64,000 bases of DNA. Origin: Thermoanaerobaculia bacterium (GTDB lineage: Bacteria > Acidobacteriota > Thermoanaerobaculia > Gp7-AA8). A model generated the notes under the pieces. That model was not told the origin of the DNA. It ran no database searches and was given only the letters and a program-made list of their open reading frames with translations. This document shows, one piece after another, positions 26,760-36,816 of this stretch (positions are counted from its first letter, which is position 1; the number at the start of each line of letters is the position of its first letter). Both the position numbers and the translations under genes were made by a program. The stretch spans positions 70,940-134,939 of the forward strand of contig DASPHC010000055.1 in the NCBI GenBank assembly GCA_035629865.1. Direction: 5' to 3'.

Positions 26760-27938
26760 TCAGAGCCGGTCCGTCAGGATGGTCTTGGCGATGGTGGCGA
26801 GCTGCATGTTGCTCGTCCCCTCGTAGATCTGGCCGACCTTCGAATCGCGCCAGAACTTCTCGACCGGGTACTCCTTCGTATAGCCGTTGCCGCCGTAGAG
26901 CTGCACCGACAGCGACGTCACCTTCTCGGCCACCTGCGAGGAGAAGAGCTTGGCCATGGCCGCCTCGCGGAGGAACGGCCTGCCGGCGTCCTTGAGGCGC
27001 GCCGCGTTGTAGACCATCAGGCGGGCCGCCTCGAGCTCGGTCGCGGCCTGGGCGATCTGGAACTGCACGCCCTGGAAGTCGGCGATCCGCTGGCCGAACT
27101 GCTTCCGCTCTTTCGTGTACGCGATCGCGTACTCGAGGGCGCCGCGGGCGACGCCGAGCATCTGCGCGCCGATGCCGATCCGCCCCTCGTTGAGCGTCTC
27201 GATCGCGATCTTGTAGCCCTTGCCGGCCTCGCCGAGGACATTCTCCTTCGGCACGCGGCAATCCTCGAGGATCAGCTCGCAGGTCGACGAGGCGCGGATG
27301 CCGGTCTTGTCTTCCTTCTTGCCGACCTCGAAGCCGGGAAAGTCGCGCTCGATGATGAAGGCGGTGATGCCTTTGTAGCCGGCGTCAGGATTGGCGTTCG
27401 CGAAGACGATGAAGATCCCCGCCTCGGCGGCATTGGTGATCCAGAGCTTCCGTCCGTTGAGGACCCAGTGGTCTTCCTTGTCCTCGGCCTTGGCGGCCAG
27501 GGCGAACGCATCGGATCCCGATCCTCCCTCGGAGAGCGCATACGCGCCGACCGTGTCGGAGGCCAGCATTTTCAGGTACTTGGAGCGCTGGTCTTCGTTC
27601 CCCCAGCGGACGATGGCGTTGTTGACGAGGGTGTTCTGGACGTCGACCAGGACGCCGCAGGAGGCGTCGACGTGCGACAGCTCCTCGACGATCAGGACGG
27701 CGTTGAAGAAGGTCGAGCCGGCGCCGCCGTACTGGTCGGGAATCTCGACGCCCATGATGCCGAGCTCGAAGAAGCTCTGGATCAGCTCTTTCGACATCGC
27801 CGCGTCATGGTCCATCTGGTGGACGAGCGGGCGAATCCGCTCGATGGCGAAATCGCGCACGCTCTGCTGGAACATCTGTTCTTCTTCGGAAAGCACCGTC
27901 AGCGGCGCGCCGGGAGTCAGCTCGAGTGTGGTGGTCAT
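26760..27938 (-). CDS. Acyl-CoA dehydrogenase (short/branched-chain type)
   Basis: 392 aa, typical ACAD motifs (GGSGSDAFALAAKAE, YEGTSNMQLATIAK, C-terminal catalytic Glu region). Confidence 0.85.
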   Translation of the reverse strand: MTTTLELTPGAPLTVLSEEEQMFQQSVRDFAIERIRPLVHQMDHDAAMSKELIQSFFELGIMGVEIPDQYGGAGSTFFNAVLIVEELSHVDASCGVLVDVQNTLVNNAIVRWGNEDQRSKYLKMLASDTVGAYALSEGGSGSDAFALAAKAEDKEDHWVLNGRKLWITNAAEAGIFIVFANANPDAGYKGITAFIIERDFPGFEVGKKEDKTGIRASSTCELILEDCRVPKENVLGEAGKGYKIAIETLNEGRIGIGAQMLGVARGALEYAIAYTKERKQFGQRIADFQGVQFQIAQAATELEAARLMVYNAARLKDAGRPFLREAAMAKLFSSQVAEKVTSLSVQLYGGNGYTKEYPVEKFWRDSKVGQIYEGTSNMQLATIAKTILTDRL

Positions 27939-28053
27939 GGTGAAGCCTCCGGTGGGGAGTGAAGTTCGGCGCGCATCATAGCTGAACGAGGGCAGAGGGC
28001 CGAGGGGGGAGGGCCGAGGGAAAGGAAATTACGAGAGTGAAACTGGAAACCGA

Positions 28054-28143
28054 TGGTGCCCCGGGCCGGACTCGAACCGGCACGCCCCTCACGAGGCAGC
28101 GGATTTTAAGTCCGCAGCGTCTACCAAATTCCGCCACCGGGGC
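28054..28143 (-). tRNA. tRNA-Leu (anticodon UAA), class II with long variable arm
   Basis: Minus-strand transcript GCCCCGGTGGCGGAATTTGGTAGACGCTGCGGACTTAAAATCCGCTGCCTCGTGAGGGGCGTGCCGGTTCGAGTCCGGCCCGGGGCACCA. 7-bp acceptor stem, D-arm, anticodon stem GCGGA/TCCGC with loop CTTAAAA (anticodon TAA), long variable arm, T-arm GGTTCGAGTCC, encoded CCA. Confidence 0.9.
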
Positions 28144-28149
28144 CGCTAT

Positions 28150-28262
28150 GTGAATGATAGAGGGCAGAGCGCCGAGAGGCCAAGGGCCGAGGAGCCGAAG
28201 CCGTGGTCATGCTCTGCGACGATTCCCTTGGCCCTCGGCCCTTGGCCCTCTGCCCTCCGGAA
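28150..28262. repeat. Long hairpin of the GGCCGAGGGC family (GAGGGCAGAGCGCCGAGAGGCCAAGGGCCGAGG ... inverted partner) adjacent to tRNA-Leu. A related direct copy lies at 27985-28020 on the other side of the tRNA.
   Basis: gagggcagagcgccgagaggccaagggccgaggagccgaagccgtggtcatgctctgcgacgattcccttggccctcggcccttggccctctgccctc. Confidence 0.75.
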
Positions 28263-28417
28263 GTCAACCTGTTGACGATGTGCACAGGCTCCGCTACAGT
28301 GCGTTCATCAACGTTTCCGTTTGCCGCGGGTTGAATGCCGCGGGGGACCCACGTGGTTTTGCGGATTGCGGAATGGGAGCGTTGATCAACGGATTTCCGG
28401 GTGTGCGGAGGCGTGTG

Positions 28418-28681
28418 ATGGGGACCTGCTCCTATTGCGGTACTAGATTTCCGAAGACGCGGAAGACGCGCAAGTACTGCACGAACCGCTGTAAGACCAA
28501 TGCCTGCCTCGACAAGAAGCCGCGCCTGCGCGCCGCCGACGTCGAGGCCATCCAGGAGATCCTGCACAGCGACTTCCCGTCGGTCGACGCCATGCGCGAA
28601 CGGCTGCGCGCGATCGTCGCCCCCGACCTCCCCCCCATCCCGCTCGTCGACGGCCGCATCACCATCCCGCGGCTGGACTAG
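28418..28681 (+). CDS. Small Cys-rich (zinc-ribbon-like) hypothetical protein
   Basis: MGTCSYCGTRFPKTRKTRKYCTNRCKTNAC... (CxxC...CxxxC). Start chosen at the internal Met, because the upstream part of ORF 28154 runs through the hairpin repeat. Confidence 0.3.
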   Translation: MGTCSYCGTRFPKTRKTRKYCTNRCKTNACLDKKPRLRAADVEAIQEILHSDFPSVDAMRERLRAIVAPDLPPIPLVDGRITIPRLD

Positions 28682-28705
28682 CGGCATGGTGGTCGCTCTC
28701 GGCAC

Positions 28706-29013
28706 GTGGCACGGCCCCTCACCCCGCCCGGCACCTGGTCTTCCAAGAGGAGGTGTCGTGAGCCGGCACCTTTTCGACCCTGCCGCGCGCAGGTGCCGAG
28801 CATCCCTCTCCCCGGCCCCGCGGGGAGAGGGGCAACGAAGCGTCGGTTGGGCAAGCCTGTCACGCTGCCCGGGCCTTTGTGTTGCCCCTCTCCCCGCCGG
28901 GCCGGGGAGAGGGATGTCCGGCACCTGCGTGGGGCGGTGCCAGCGCCCGGGCGATGCTGAGGGAACGGGATTAGAAGACCAGGTGCCGGACGGGGTGAGG
29001 GGCCGTGCCACTT
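28706..29013. repeat. Nested palindromic element (~310 bp): 38-bp outer inverted repeats and 45-bp inner inverted repeats, each containing CTCTCCCCGGCCCCGCGGGGAGAG hairpins. It lies immediately upstream of wzm.
   Basis: Outer arm gtggcacggcccctcaccccgcccggcacctggtcttc is the reverse complement of gaagaccaggtgccggacggggtgaggggccgtgccac. Inner arm caggtgccgagcatccctctccccggccccgcggggagaggggcaac matches gttgcccctctccccgccgggccggggagagggatgtccggcacctg. Confidence 0.75.
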
Positions 29014-29045
29014 GGGGAACCGTCTCCCGAGGGATGATGTAATCC

Positions 29046-29873
29046 ATGGACCCTACCCGCACCCTCGTCATCGAGCCGACCCGCGGGTGGCGGGCCATCG
29101 ACCTGCGCGAAGTCTGGGCCTATCGCGACCTGCTGCGCGTCTTTGCGTGGCGCGACGTCAAGGTGCGGTACCGGCAGACGGTCCTCGGCGCGGTGTGGGT
29201 GATGGGGCAGCCGCTGGTCTCGATGATCATTTTCTCGCTCCTCTTCACCCGGGTGGCGAAGCTGCGGGCGGAGACCGGCGTGCCGTATCCGCTGTTCGTC
29301 CTGAGCGGCGTCCTGATCTGGAACTTCGTGGCCGGGGCCATCCAGCGGAGCGGCAACAGCCTGCTCGGCGCCGCACATCTCATCTCCAAGGTCTACTTTC
29401 CCCGGCTGGTCGTGCCGCTGTCGAACGTCGCCACTGACCTGGTCGACTTCGCCATCGCCGCGCTGCTGCTCCTGCCGATGATGCTGTACTACGGCATCGC
29501 GCCGTCTGCGTCGATGCTACTGGCTCCGCTGCTCGTCGCGCTCGCGGGGATCTTCGCCCTCGGCGCCGGCCTCTGGATCGCCGCCCTGAACGTCGAGTAT
29601 CGCGACGTGCGGGTCGTGCTCCCGTGGGTCCTGCAGATCGCTATGTACGCCACGCCGGTCGTTTACCCGCTGTCGGCGCTGCCGGAGCGCTATCGCTGGA
29701 TCGCCGTCGTCAACCCGATGACCGGCATCGTCGAAGGGCTGCGGGCCGCGCTGTTCGGCGGAGTCATGCCGGCCGAGGCGCTGCTCTGGTCGCTCGTCGC
29801 CTCGGTGCTGCTGCTCGTAAGCGGCGCGTACTACTTCCGGAGGATGGAGCGGCTGTTTGCCGACGTGCTCTGA
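29046..29873 (+). CDS. wzm: ABC-2 type polysaccharide export permease (Wzm/KpsM/TagG-like)
   Basis: 275 aa, six TM helices, ABC-2 signature region. Its stop overlaps the start of the ATPase gene. Confidence 0.75.
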   Translation: MDPTRTLVIEPTRGWRAIDLREVWAYRDLLRVFAWRDVKVRYRQTVLGAVWVMGQPLVSMIIFSLLFTRVAKLRAETGVPYPLFVLSGVLIWNFVAGAIQRSGNSLLGAAHLISKVYFPRLVVPLSNVATDLVDFAIAALLLLPMMLYYGIAPSASMLLAPLLVALAGIFALGAGLWIAALNVEYRDVRVVLPWVLQIAMYATPVVYPLSALPERYRWIAVVNPMTGIVEGLRAALFGGVMPAEALLWSLVASVLLLVSGAYYFRRMERLFADVL

Positions 29874-31141
29874 TGACGGCGCCCGGCAAAAGCAGCGTAC
29901 AGATCGAGAATCTGGCGAAGCGCTACCGCCTCGGCGCCGTCCGCACCGATTACACCACGCTCCGCGACCGCATCGCCGGCATGTTCCGGCGGCGCCAGGC
30001 GACGCCGGAGTCGCGGGAGATCTGGGCGCTGCGCGACATCACCTTCGACATCGGCCAGGGGGAAGCCCTCGGACTGATCGGTCATAACGGCGCCGGGAAG
30101 TCGACGCTGCTCAAGATCCTGAGCCGCATCACCGAGCCGACCGAGGGACGGGCCGTCCTGCACGGCCGCGTCGCGTCGCTGCTCGAGGTCGGCACCGGCT
30201 TCCACCCCGAGCTCACCGGCCGCGAGAATATCTTCCTCAACGGCGCCATCCTCGGCATGACCCGCGACGAGATCCGCCGCAACTTCGACGCGATCGTCGC
30301 CTTCGCCGAAATCGAACGCTTCCTGGATACACCCGTCAAACGCTACTCCAGCGGCATGTACGTCCGCCTCGCCTTCGCCGTGGCGGCCCACCTGACGCCG
30401 GAGATCCTCCTGATCGACGAAGTCCTGGCGGTGGGCGACGTCGAGTTCCAGCGCCGCTGCCTCGGCAGGATGCGCGAGGTGGCCAGCAGCGGCCGCACGG
30501 TCGTCTTCGTCAGCCACAACCTCGACTCGATTGAACGCCTCTGCAGCCGCGCCGTCCTCCTCAGCCGCGGGAGCGTCGAGCGCATCGGTCCGTCCAGCGA
30601 AGTCATCGCCCACTACCTGTCCCGCCGCGGAAAGGGAGCGGTCGTCGACCTGACCGCGGTCGACCGGATCGGCGAGGGCCGGGCACGCATCACCGGCTTC
30701 GAAGTTCTCGACGTGACGGCCGACGAGCCGCTCGATGCCCTCGAGCTCCGCCAGCCGTTCCGCGTCCGCATCCATTACGAGGTCCATGACCCGATTCCGG
30801 GCGCTTCGTTCGGCTTCGGCTTCCTGACGGCGATGGGGGACCGGATCTTCCTCACCGAGACCTTCGAGACCGGCAAGACCTTCGACCTCGAGCCGGGGCC
30901 GGGCCGGATCGACTGCATCATCCGGACGCCGAACGTCCTCCCGGGGACGTATCGCTTCGAGCTCTGGATCAGCGACATCCCGGGCGTCCGCGCCACGGAC
31001 CATCTGCAGGCGGTCGGCGAGATCGAGGTGACGGTGGGGATGGGGACCGACGGCAATTCGGTCGCCACGCTGACCAGCGGCGTGCGGGGGATCATCCACG
31101 TCGACGCCGACTGGTCGCCGCTATACTCCGGGGCCCGATGA
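29873..31141 (+). CDS. wzt: ABC transporter ATP-binding protein for polysaccharide export (Wzt-like) with C-terminal beta-rich (carbohydrate-binding-like) extension
   Basis: Walker A GHNGAGKST, ABC signature YSSGM, Walker B LLIDEVLAVGD, H-loop; ~170-aa C-terminal extension. Start chosen at MTAPGKSSVQIENL overlapping the wzm stop. Confidence 0.8.
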   Translation: MTAPGKSSVQIENLAKRYRLGAVRTDYTTLRDRIAGMFRRRQATPESREIWALRDITFDIGQGEALGLIGHNGAGKSTLLKILSRITEPTEGRAVLHGRVASLLEVGTGFHPELTGRENIFLNGAILGMTRDEIRRNFDAIVAFAEIERFLDTPVKRYSSGMYVRLAFAVAAHLTPEILLIDEVLAVGDVEFQRRCLGRMREVASSGRTVVFVSHNLDSIERLCSRAVLLSRGSVERIGPSSEVIAHYLSRRGKGAVVDLTAVDRIGEGRARITGFEVLDVTADEPLDALELRQPFRVRIHYEVHDPIPGASFGFGFLTAMGDRIFLTETFETGKTFDLEPGPGRIDCIIRTPNVLPGTYRFELWISDIPGVRATDHLQAVGEIEVTVGMGTDGNSVATLTSGVRGIIHVDADWSPLYSGAR

Positions 31142-32304
31142 GCGACGCGCCGAAGATCCCGATCGCCAGGCCGCTTTTCGGCGCCGAGGAGATCGCCGCC
31201 GCGGCTAAACCGCTCGAGAGCGGCTGGATCGTCCAGGGGCCATTCGTCGCCGAGTTCGAGAGCCGTTTTGCCGCCTTCACCGGCACCCGCCACGCGGTGG
31301 CCTGCTCGAACGGCACGACCGCGCTCCATCTCGCGAACGCCGCCCTACGCCTCGGCGAAGGCGACGAAGTGATCGTCCCCGCCTTCACCTGGATCGCCAC
31401 CCCGAACTCGGTCGTCTATTGCGGCGCGACCCCGGTCTTCGTCGACATCGACCTCGCCAGCTACAACATCGACACCGCCGCCGTCGAAGCGCGCATCACC
31501 TCCCGCACGAAAGGCATCCTCCCGGTCCACCTCTTCGGGCTCTGCGCCGAGATGGACCCGATTCTCGACCTGGCCCGCCGGCACAGTCTCTGGACCGTCG
31601 AAGACGCCGCCTGCGCGTTCGGCGCGTCGTACCGCGGCCGCTCGGCCGGGACGATCGGCGACGCGGCGACGTTCAGCTTCCACCCCCGCAAGTCGATCAC
31701 CACCGGCGAGGGGGGGATGGTCACGACCGCGAACGACGAGATCGCCCGGCTGGTGCGCTCGATGCGCGACCACGGGGTCGGCGCCCGCGCGGACGAGCCG
31801 CCGTTTCTGCTGGCCGACTACGACGAGGTCGGCTTCAACTACCGCCTCACCGACCTGCAGGCCGCCGTCGGCTGCGCGCAGATGGACCGCGCCGCCTTCA
31901 TCCTCGGCGAGCGCCGCCGACGCGCGCGGATTTACGACGAGCGGCTCGCGGAGCTCGAATGGCTGCGGACGCCGCACGTGCCGGCGCACATGGAGCACGG
32001 CTACCAGGCGTACGTCGTCCTCTTCGCGCCGGAGGAGCCATCCATGGCGAACATCAACGCACTGGAGCGGAGGCGCAACGCGCTCATGGCCACCCTCGAC
32101 GACCGCGGCATCATCACCCGGCAGGGGACGCATGCCCCGGTACTGCGCGCCGTCTACCGGCAGCGCTTCGGGATCGACCCGGCGGACTACCCGAACGCGG
32201 TGATGGCGGAGAAGCTCACCCTGGCGCTGCCGCTCTATCCGCAGATGACCGACGAAGAGCAGGAGCGCGTCATCGGCGCGCTGCGGGAGATCGGACCTTG
32301 CTGA
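31138..32304 (+). CDS. DegT/DnrJ/EryC1/StrS family PLP-dependent sugar aminotransferase
   Basis: Typical N-terminal [12 protein letters not shown]...GWIVQGP. Conserved region [15 protein letters not shown] with the likely PLP-Lys (FHPRK). Confidence 0.85.
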   Translation: MSDAPKIPIARPLFGAEEIAAAAKPLESGWIVQGPFVAEFESRFAAFTGTRHAVACSNGTTALHLANAALRLGEGDEVIVPAFTWIATPNSVVYCGATPVFVDIDLASYNIDTAAVEARITSRTKGILPVHLFGLCAEMDPILDLARRHSLWTVEDAACAFGASYRGRSAGTIGDAATFSFHPRKSITTGEGGMVTTANDEIARLVRSMRDHGVGARADEPPFLLADYDEVGFNYRLTDLQAAVGCAQMDRAAFILGERRRRARIYDERLAELEWLRTPHVPAHMEHGYQAYVVLFAPEEPSMANINALERRRNALMATLDDRGIITRQGTHAPVLRAVYRQRFGIDPADYPNAVMAEKLTLALPLYPQMTDEEQERVIGALREIGPC

Positions 32305-33257
32305 CCGGAAAGACGATATTTCTCACCGGGGGCGCCGGCTTCATCGGCTCGACGCTCGCCGGGAAGCTGCACGAGGCGAATCGCATCGTCATCTATGACA
32401 ACCTGAGCCGCGACTCGCTGAAAGACAAACCGTGGGCTGCGCACCCGAACGTCTCCGTCGTCCGCGGCGACGTCACCGACGCCCCGGCCCTCCTGCGCGC
32501 GGTCGAGGAAGCGCAGCCGCAGGTGTTCGTCCACCTGGCCGCCATCGCCGGGATCGACACCGTCATCCGAAGCCCGACCACGACCATGCGCGTGAACCTC
32601 GTCGGAACCGTCAACGCCCTCGACGCCGCCTCGCGCCTGAAGAACCTGGAGCGCTTCGTCGACTTTTCGACCAGCGAAGTCTTCGGCTCGCACGCCTTCC
32701 GGGCGGACGAGGCGCAGCGGACCTCGGTCGGCGCGGTCGGCGAGGCGCGCTGGATCTACGCGGTCAGCAAGCTCGCCGGCGAGCATCTGGTCCACGCCTA
32801 CCACCGCGAGTTCGCCATGCCGACCGTTACCCTCCGCCCGTTCAACGTCTACGGGCCGGGGCAGATCGGGGAGGGGGCCATCCATCGTTTCGTCGTCTCC
32901 GCCCTGCGTGGCGACGACCTCGAGATCCACGGCGACGGGACCCAGATCCGCGCCTGGTGCTACGTCGACGACATGGTCGAGGGAGTGCTCGCGGCGATGG
33001 AGCATCCGAACGCCATCGGCCACTCGTTCAACATCGGCAACGCCCGGGCGGTGGTGACGATCTACGGCCTGGCCAGCACGATCGTGCGGGTCCTCGAGTC
33101 CAAGTCGCAGATCCGCTTCATCCGGAAGGACTACGCCGACGTCGAGCTCCGGGTCCCGAACGTCGACAAGGCCCGCGACCTGATCGGCTTCGAGGCGAAG
33201 GTCGATCTCGAAGAAGGGCTGCGCCGGACCGGCGAGCATTACCGCACCGCGGATTGA
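32298..33257 (+). CDS. NAD-dependent sugar epimerase/dehydratase (extended SDR)
   Basis: Rossmann motif TGGAGFIGS, catalytic YAVSK (YxxxK). Start uncertain: TTG at 32298 or CTG at 32301 overlapping the upstream stop; no nearby ATG. Confidence 0.75.
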   Translation: MLTGKTIFLTGGAGFIGSTLAGKLHEANRIVIYDNLSRDSLKDKPWAAHPNVSVVRGDVTDAPALLRAVEEAQPQVFVHLAAIAGIDTVIRSPTTTMRVNLVGTVNALDAASRLKNLERFVDFSTSEVFGSHAFRADEAQRTSVGAVGEARWIYAVSKLAGEHLVHAYHREFAMPTVTLRPFNVYGPGQIGEGAIHRFVVSALRGDDLEIHGDGTQIRAWCYVDDMVEGVLAAMEHPNAIGHSFNIGNARAVVTIYGLASTIVRVLESKSQIRFIRKDYADVELRVPNVDKARDLIGFEAKVDLEEGLRRTGEHYRTAD

Positions 33258-33261
33258 CGCA

Positions 33262-34291
33262 GATGGATCTCGTCGAGCTGACTCCGGCGCTGGGCGAGTC
33301 GATCGCGCGCAACGCGCCGCCGGAGTTGCTGCCGGTGCACCATCCGGTCTGGCTCGACGTCCTGTCCTCCCTCGGCGAGGACGCCCGCGGGCTCGTCGCG
33401 CTCGATGCCGGCGAGGTGCGCGGCTGGCTGCTCTACACCGTGACGCGCCGTGATGACGTGACGGTCGTCAATTCGCTCCCTTACATCGCGTATGGCGGTC
33501 CGCACGCCCGCGATGCCGAAACCACGGACTTACTGTTACTTGGCCTGCGTGAGATTGCCCAATCCCTCGGTGCCGACGTCCTGAGCGTCGGTACATCGCC
33601 GCTACTGACCGAGGAGGAGGAGCTGGCGTACGTCGCCGCGATCGCCCCCACGCACATATTCGAGAATGGCGTCCAGCTCCAGCCGCTCGACCCCCATCCG
33701 CTGGAGCAGCTGTCGAAGAAGCGGCGCGACGCCATCGAGTCCGAGATCCGCCGCGGCGAGCGCGCCGGGTTGGTGGCCATCGACCGGCTGGACGACGCGC
33801 AGCTCGAGGAGTGGCTCGACATCTACCGTGCGCGATACGCCGAGATCGGCGCGGCGCCGTATCCGGATGAGTTTCATCGGCAACTCCACCGCCGCACCGT
33901 TCCGGCCGGCATCGCCGAGCTCCGCGGCCTCGTCGACGCCACCGGCCGTCTGCTGGGCGGCATCGCCTTCCTCGTCTCGCAACGCGAGGCGACCTACTTC
34001 TCCTCCGCCTTCGTCTCAGACGTCCGTCACCTCTATCCGACGACGTTCCTCCTCAACCACGCCTTCCACGCGTTCCGCGCCCGCGGCATCCGGACGTTCA
34101 ACTGGCACTCCAGCCCCTCGCAGGGCGGCGTGCACGCGTATAAGCAGCGATGGGGAGCGGCGGATCATCGGCATTTTTACCTCGCCGCTTTGCTTCGCCC
34201 CGACACCCGGCTGTTCGAGCTCTCGGCGGACGAGATCCGGATGCTCTTCCCGTTCCGGTTCGTTCTCCCGTTCTCCGCCTGGAAGCGTTGA
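33262..34291 (+). CDS. FemAB-like / GNAT-fold acyltransferase (peptidoglycan-bridge FemAB family-like)
   Basis: ~343 aa, two-lobed acyltransferase-like architecture with a C-terminal AYKQRWGA-type motif. Family assignment made by eye only. Confidence 0.5.
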
Positions 34292-34307
34292 GTACAATCG
34301 GCCACTC

Positions 34308-34838
34308 ATGACGGACGAGCTCCCGAGTCAGATCGTACCGCGTCTTCTCTTCGATTACGCGCAGCTCTCGCACCAGGAGATGCGCGCACTCGCGGAACGT
34401 TTGCCGCGGAAGCTCGTCCGGTGGATCGCCATTCACCACCCCGACAACCGCTCCCGCCTGCTGTTCTATGAGATGACGAACGTGGCAATCGGCGAGGGAA
34501 CGGTCCTGAACGCCGGCCTGACCATTTACGACGAGTACGAACCGCGCGTCACCTTCGGTAAACGGGTGGCAGTTGCCGCGAACGTCACCATCGTGGCGTC
34601 GTCGAATCCGAACAACTCCGAGTTGCAGAACATCGAGTATGTCCGCGATCACCTGATCCGGCTGGAACGTGTGGTCATCGGCGATGACGCCTGGCTCGGC
34701 TCGGGGGTGACGATCCTCCCTGGCGTGGCGATCGGGGAGGGGGCGATCGTTGGCGCGGGCGCCGTGGTCACTGAAGATGTGGAGCCGTACTCGGTCGTGG
34801 CCGGCGTCCCGGCGCGTCTGGTGCGGAGGCTGAGATGA
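34308..34838 (+). CDS. Left-handed beta-helix (hexapeptide-repeat) sugar O-/N-acetyltransferase
   Basis: Hexapeptide repeats IGEGTVLNAGLTIY..., IGDDAWLGSGVTILPGVAIGEGAIVGAGAVV. Confidence 0.7.
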   Translation: MTDELPSQIVPRLLFDYAQLSHQEMRALAERLPRKLVRWIAIHHPDNRSRLLFYEMTNVAIGEGTVLNAGLTIYDEYEPRVTFGKRVAVAANVTIVASSNPNNSELQNIEYVRDHLIRLERVVIGDDAWLGSGVTILPGVAIGEGAIVGAGAVVTEDVEPYSVVAGVPARLVRRLR

Positions 34839-35989
34839 CGCCGCCCTGCGCCGTCTGCATGCACGGCGGAGCGTTCGAGGTGCTCTCGTATCCTTCCTAC
34901 CCGGCGTTTCTCGTGCCGCTTCCAATGGACCTCGCACGCGACGTCGTGCGTGCTCCGCTGACCCTGGTGGCGTGCGAGCGGTGCGGACACCTGCAGGTTC
35001 CTGACGTCGATCCCGAGGTGCAGCGGGTGCTGTACGAGGTTTACTACACCCATTACGAGGTCGACACACTGGAGACGATGGTTCCGGCTTACCGCGATCC
35101 CTTCAACCGGCTCGTGCAGTCGCTCGGGGGCGATGGACTGTTGCCCGGCGGGCGCCTCCTCGAGATCGGATGTTCTTCGGGAGCGATGATTCCGTTCCTG
35201 ACACAGTTCTGCAGTGACTACACCGGTGTCGATCCTTCCGACCGGATCGAGGCAGCGCGCGCGCGGTATCCCTCGCATACGTTCCTTCGCTCCTACTTTC
35301 CGTCTCCCGATGTGAGCGGACCCTTCGACGTGGCGGTGACGCAGTTCAATCTCGAGCACGTGCAGGACGTATCGGGCTTCATGGAGGCACTCGCGTCCGC
35401 GGTGCGGGAAGGGGGCATGCTCCTCGTGCAGGTCCCGGACGCCGGCTACTTCCTGCGGACAGGGCAGCCGAACTTCGTTGCCCACGAGCATGTGCACTAC
35501 TTCCGGCGCGCCCAGCTCGAGTCGCTGCTGTCGCGGCACGGTTTCCGCGTCGAGCGCTGGGGAGAGGAGGGAGCGAGTCTGCTGTGTGCCGCCCGCCGCG
35601 GCGCTCCGGGTACGGGAGCGCCCGCGCCCGGCGATCCGCTTGCGGATGCCGTCGCGTTGCGCGACCTGTTCCTGGCCGTGCCCGCGCTTCCGCGCCGCCC
35701 GGTACTGTACGGCGTCGGTCTCACGCTGCACTGGCTGCTCGCGCGCGATCGCGACCTCGCCGGCGAAGCGGTGGTCGTCGACGACAATCCGGGATATCTC
35801 GGAAAAGGCGTCCCCGGCTATGACCTTCCGATCGAGAAGCCGTCGGCGGAGCGGCTCGCCGGACGCGACGTGGTGTTGACGCTGAACGCGATCTATCACG
35901 ACCGGGTGCTGGAGCGCCTGCGGGCGATGGACGCCCCGATGCGGGTGCATCGCATCACCGGCAGCGGGTGGACGGTGGCGCAGCCGTGA
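34835..35989 (+). CDS. Class I SAM-dependent methyltransferase with N-terminal Cys4 zinc-ribbon (sugar C-methyltransferase-like architecture)
   Basis: CAVCMHGG...CERCGHLQ zinc ribbon, SAM motif LLEIGCSSG, C-terminal C-methyltransferase-like domain. Confidence 0.6.
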   Translation: MTPPCAVCMHGGAFEVLSYPSYPAFLVPLPMDLARDVVRAPLTLVACERCGHLQVPDVDPEVQRVLYEVYYTHYEVDTLETMVPAYRDPFNRLVQSLGGDGLLPGGRLLEIGCSSGAMIPFLTQFCSDYTGVDPSDRIEAARARYPSHTFLRSYFPSPDVSGPFDVAVTQFNLEHVQDVSGFMEALASAVREGGMLLVQVPDAGYFLRTGQPNFVAHEHVHYFRRAQLESLLSRHGFRVERWGEEGASLLCAARRGAPGTGAPAPGDPLADAVALRDLFLAVPALPRRPVLYGVGLTLHWLLARDRDLAGEAVVVDDNPGYLGKGVPGYDLPIEKPSAERLAGRDVVLTLNAIYHDRVLERLRAMDAPMRVHRITGSGWTVAQP

Positions 35990-36005
35990 GAAGGATGACT
36001 CAGCC

Positions 36006-36812
36006 ATGAGTACGATCGCGTCCATCGACATGGCTGCCGCGGACGCCGTAGCGGCTGCAGCGGCGGAGGTCGGCGAGAACGGTGCGGTCGTGCTGCGCGG
36101 GATCGTGCCTGCCGGCCTCGTCCTCCGCATGCAGGACGAACTGGCCCGGGCGATGTCGGAGGATCTCCAGCGCTTCGGAGCGGCGCATCCATTTCCCGGG
36201 ATGGTTCATGCGCTCATGCTTCGCGGAGCCTCGTTTCTCGACCTGCTGTGCGTCGACGCGGTACGCGCGGTGAGTCGCGCGATGCTCGGCCACGGTGCGA
36301 TCGTCCATGCCTTCAATTCTTCGTCGCTGCCGCCGGAGGGGACGAACTACGCCGGACGCATTCACGTCGATAGCCCGCGCTATATTCCCGGCTATGTCAC
36401 GAACGTCGGTCTGGCGTTTCCTCTCGACGCGTTCACCCTCGAGAACGGAGCCATGGAGATCTGGCCGCGGTCGTTCCGTTTTGCGACGGCACCCCCAGCC
36501 GAGGAGTTCAACGCGAACAAGGTCATCCTCGCAGGGCTGCAGCCGGGCGACGCGGTCTGCTTCAACTCACGCTGCTGGCACCAGAGCGGTGTCAATTCGA
36601 CTCCGGCGTGGCGGCATGCCGTGACGCTCAACGTCTGTCGCGCCTACATGCGGCAGCAACTCGACTTCCCACGCATGATCTCCGGAGAGGTGGCGTCCCG
36701 GTTAGCGGAGGACGTCCGCCAGTTCCTCGGGTACCACGTCCGGATGCCGGCTTCGATGGACGAGTTCCTGGCGCCACCCGAGCAGCGAGCGTACCGCCCG
36801 GGACAGGAATAA
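36006..36812 (+). CDS. Phytanoyl-CoA dioxygenase (PhyH) family Fe(II)/2-oxoglutarate-dependent oxygenase
   Basis: Facial-triad HxD in RIHVDSP, distal His in CWHQSG, double-stranded beta-helix-like spacing. Confidence 0.6.
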   Translation: MSTIASIDMAAADAVAAAAAEVGENGAVVLRGIVPAGLVLRMQDELARAMSEDLQRFGAAHPFPGMVHALMLRGASFLDLLCVDAVRAVSRAMLGHGAIVHAFNSSSLPPEGTNYAGRIHVDSPRYIPGYVTNVGLAFPLDAFTLENGAMEIWPRSFRFATAPPAEEFNANKVILAGLQPGDAVCFNSRCWHQSGVNSTPAWRHAVTLNVCRAYMRQQLDFPRMISGEVASRLAEDVRQFLGYHVRMPASMDEFLAPPEQRAYRPGQE

Positions 36813-36816
36813 TCAC

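Noticed and set aside
28154-28417. Upstream part of ORF 28154..28681
   Set aside because: It runs through the GGCCGAGGGC hairpin next to tRNA-Leu and encodes Arg/Pro/Gly low complexity. Only the C-terminal Cys-rich portion from 28418 is retained, and that with low confidence.
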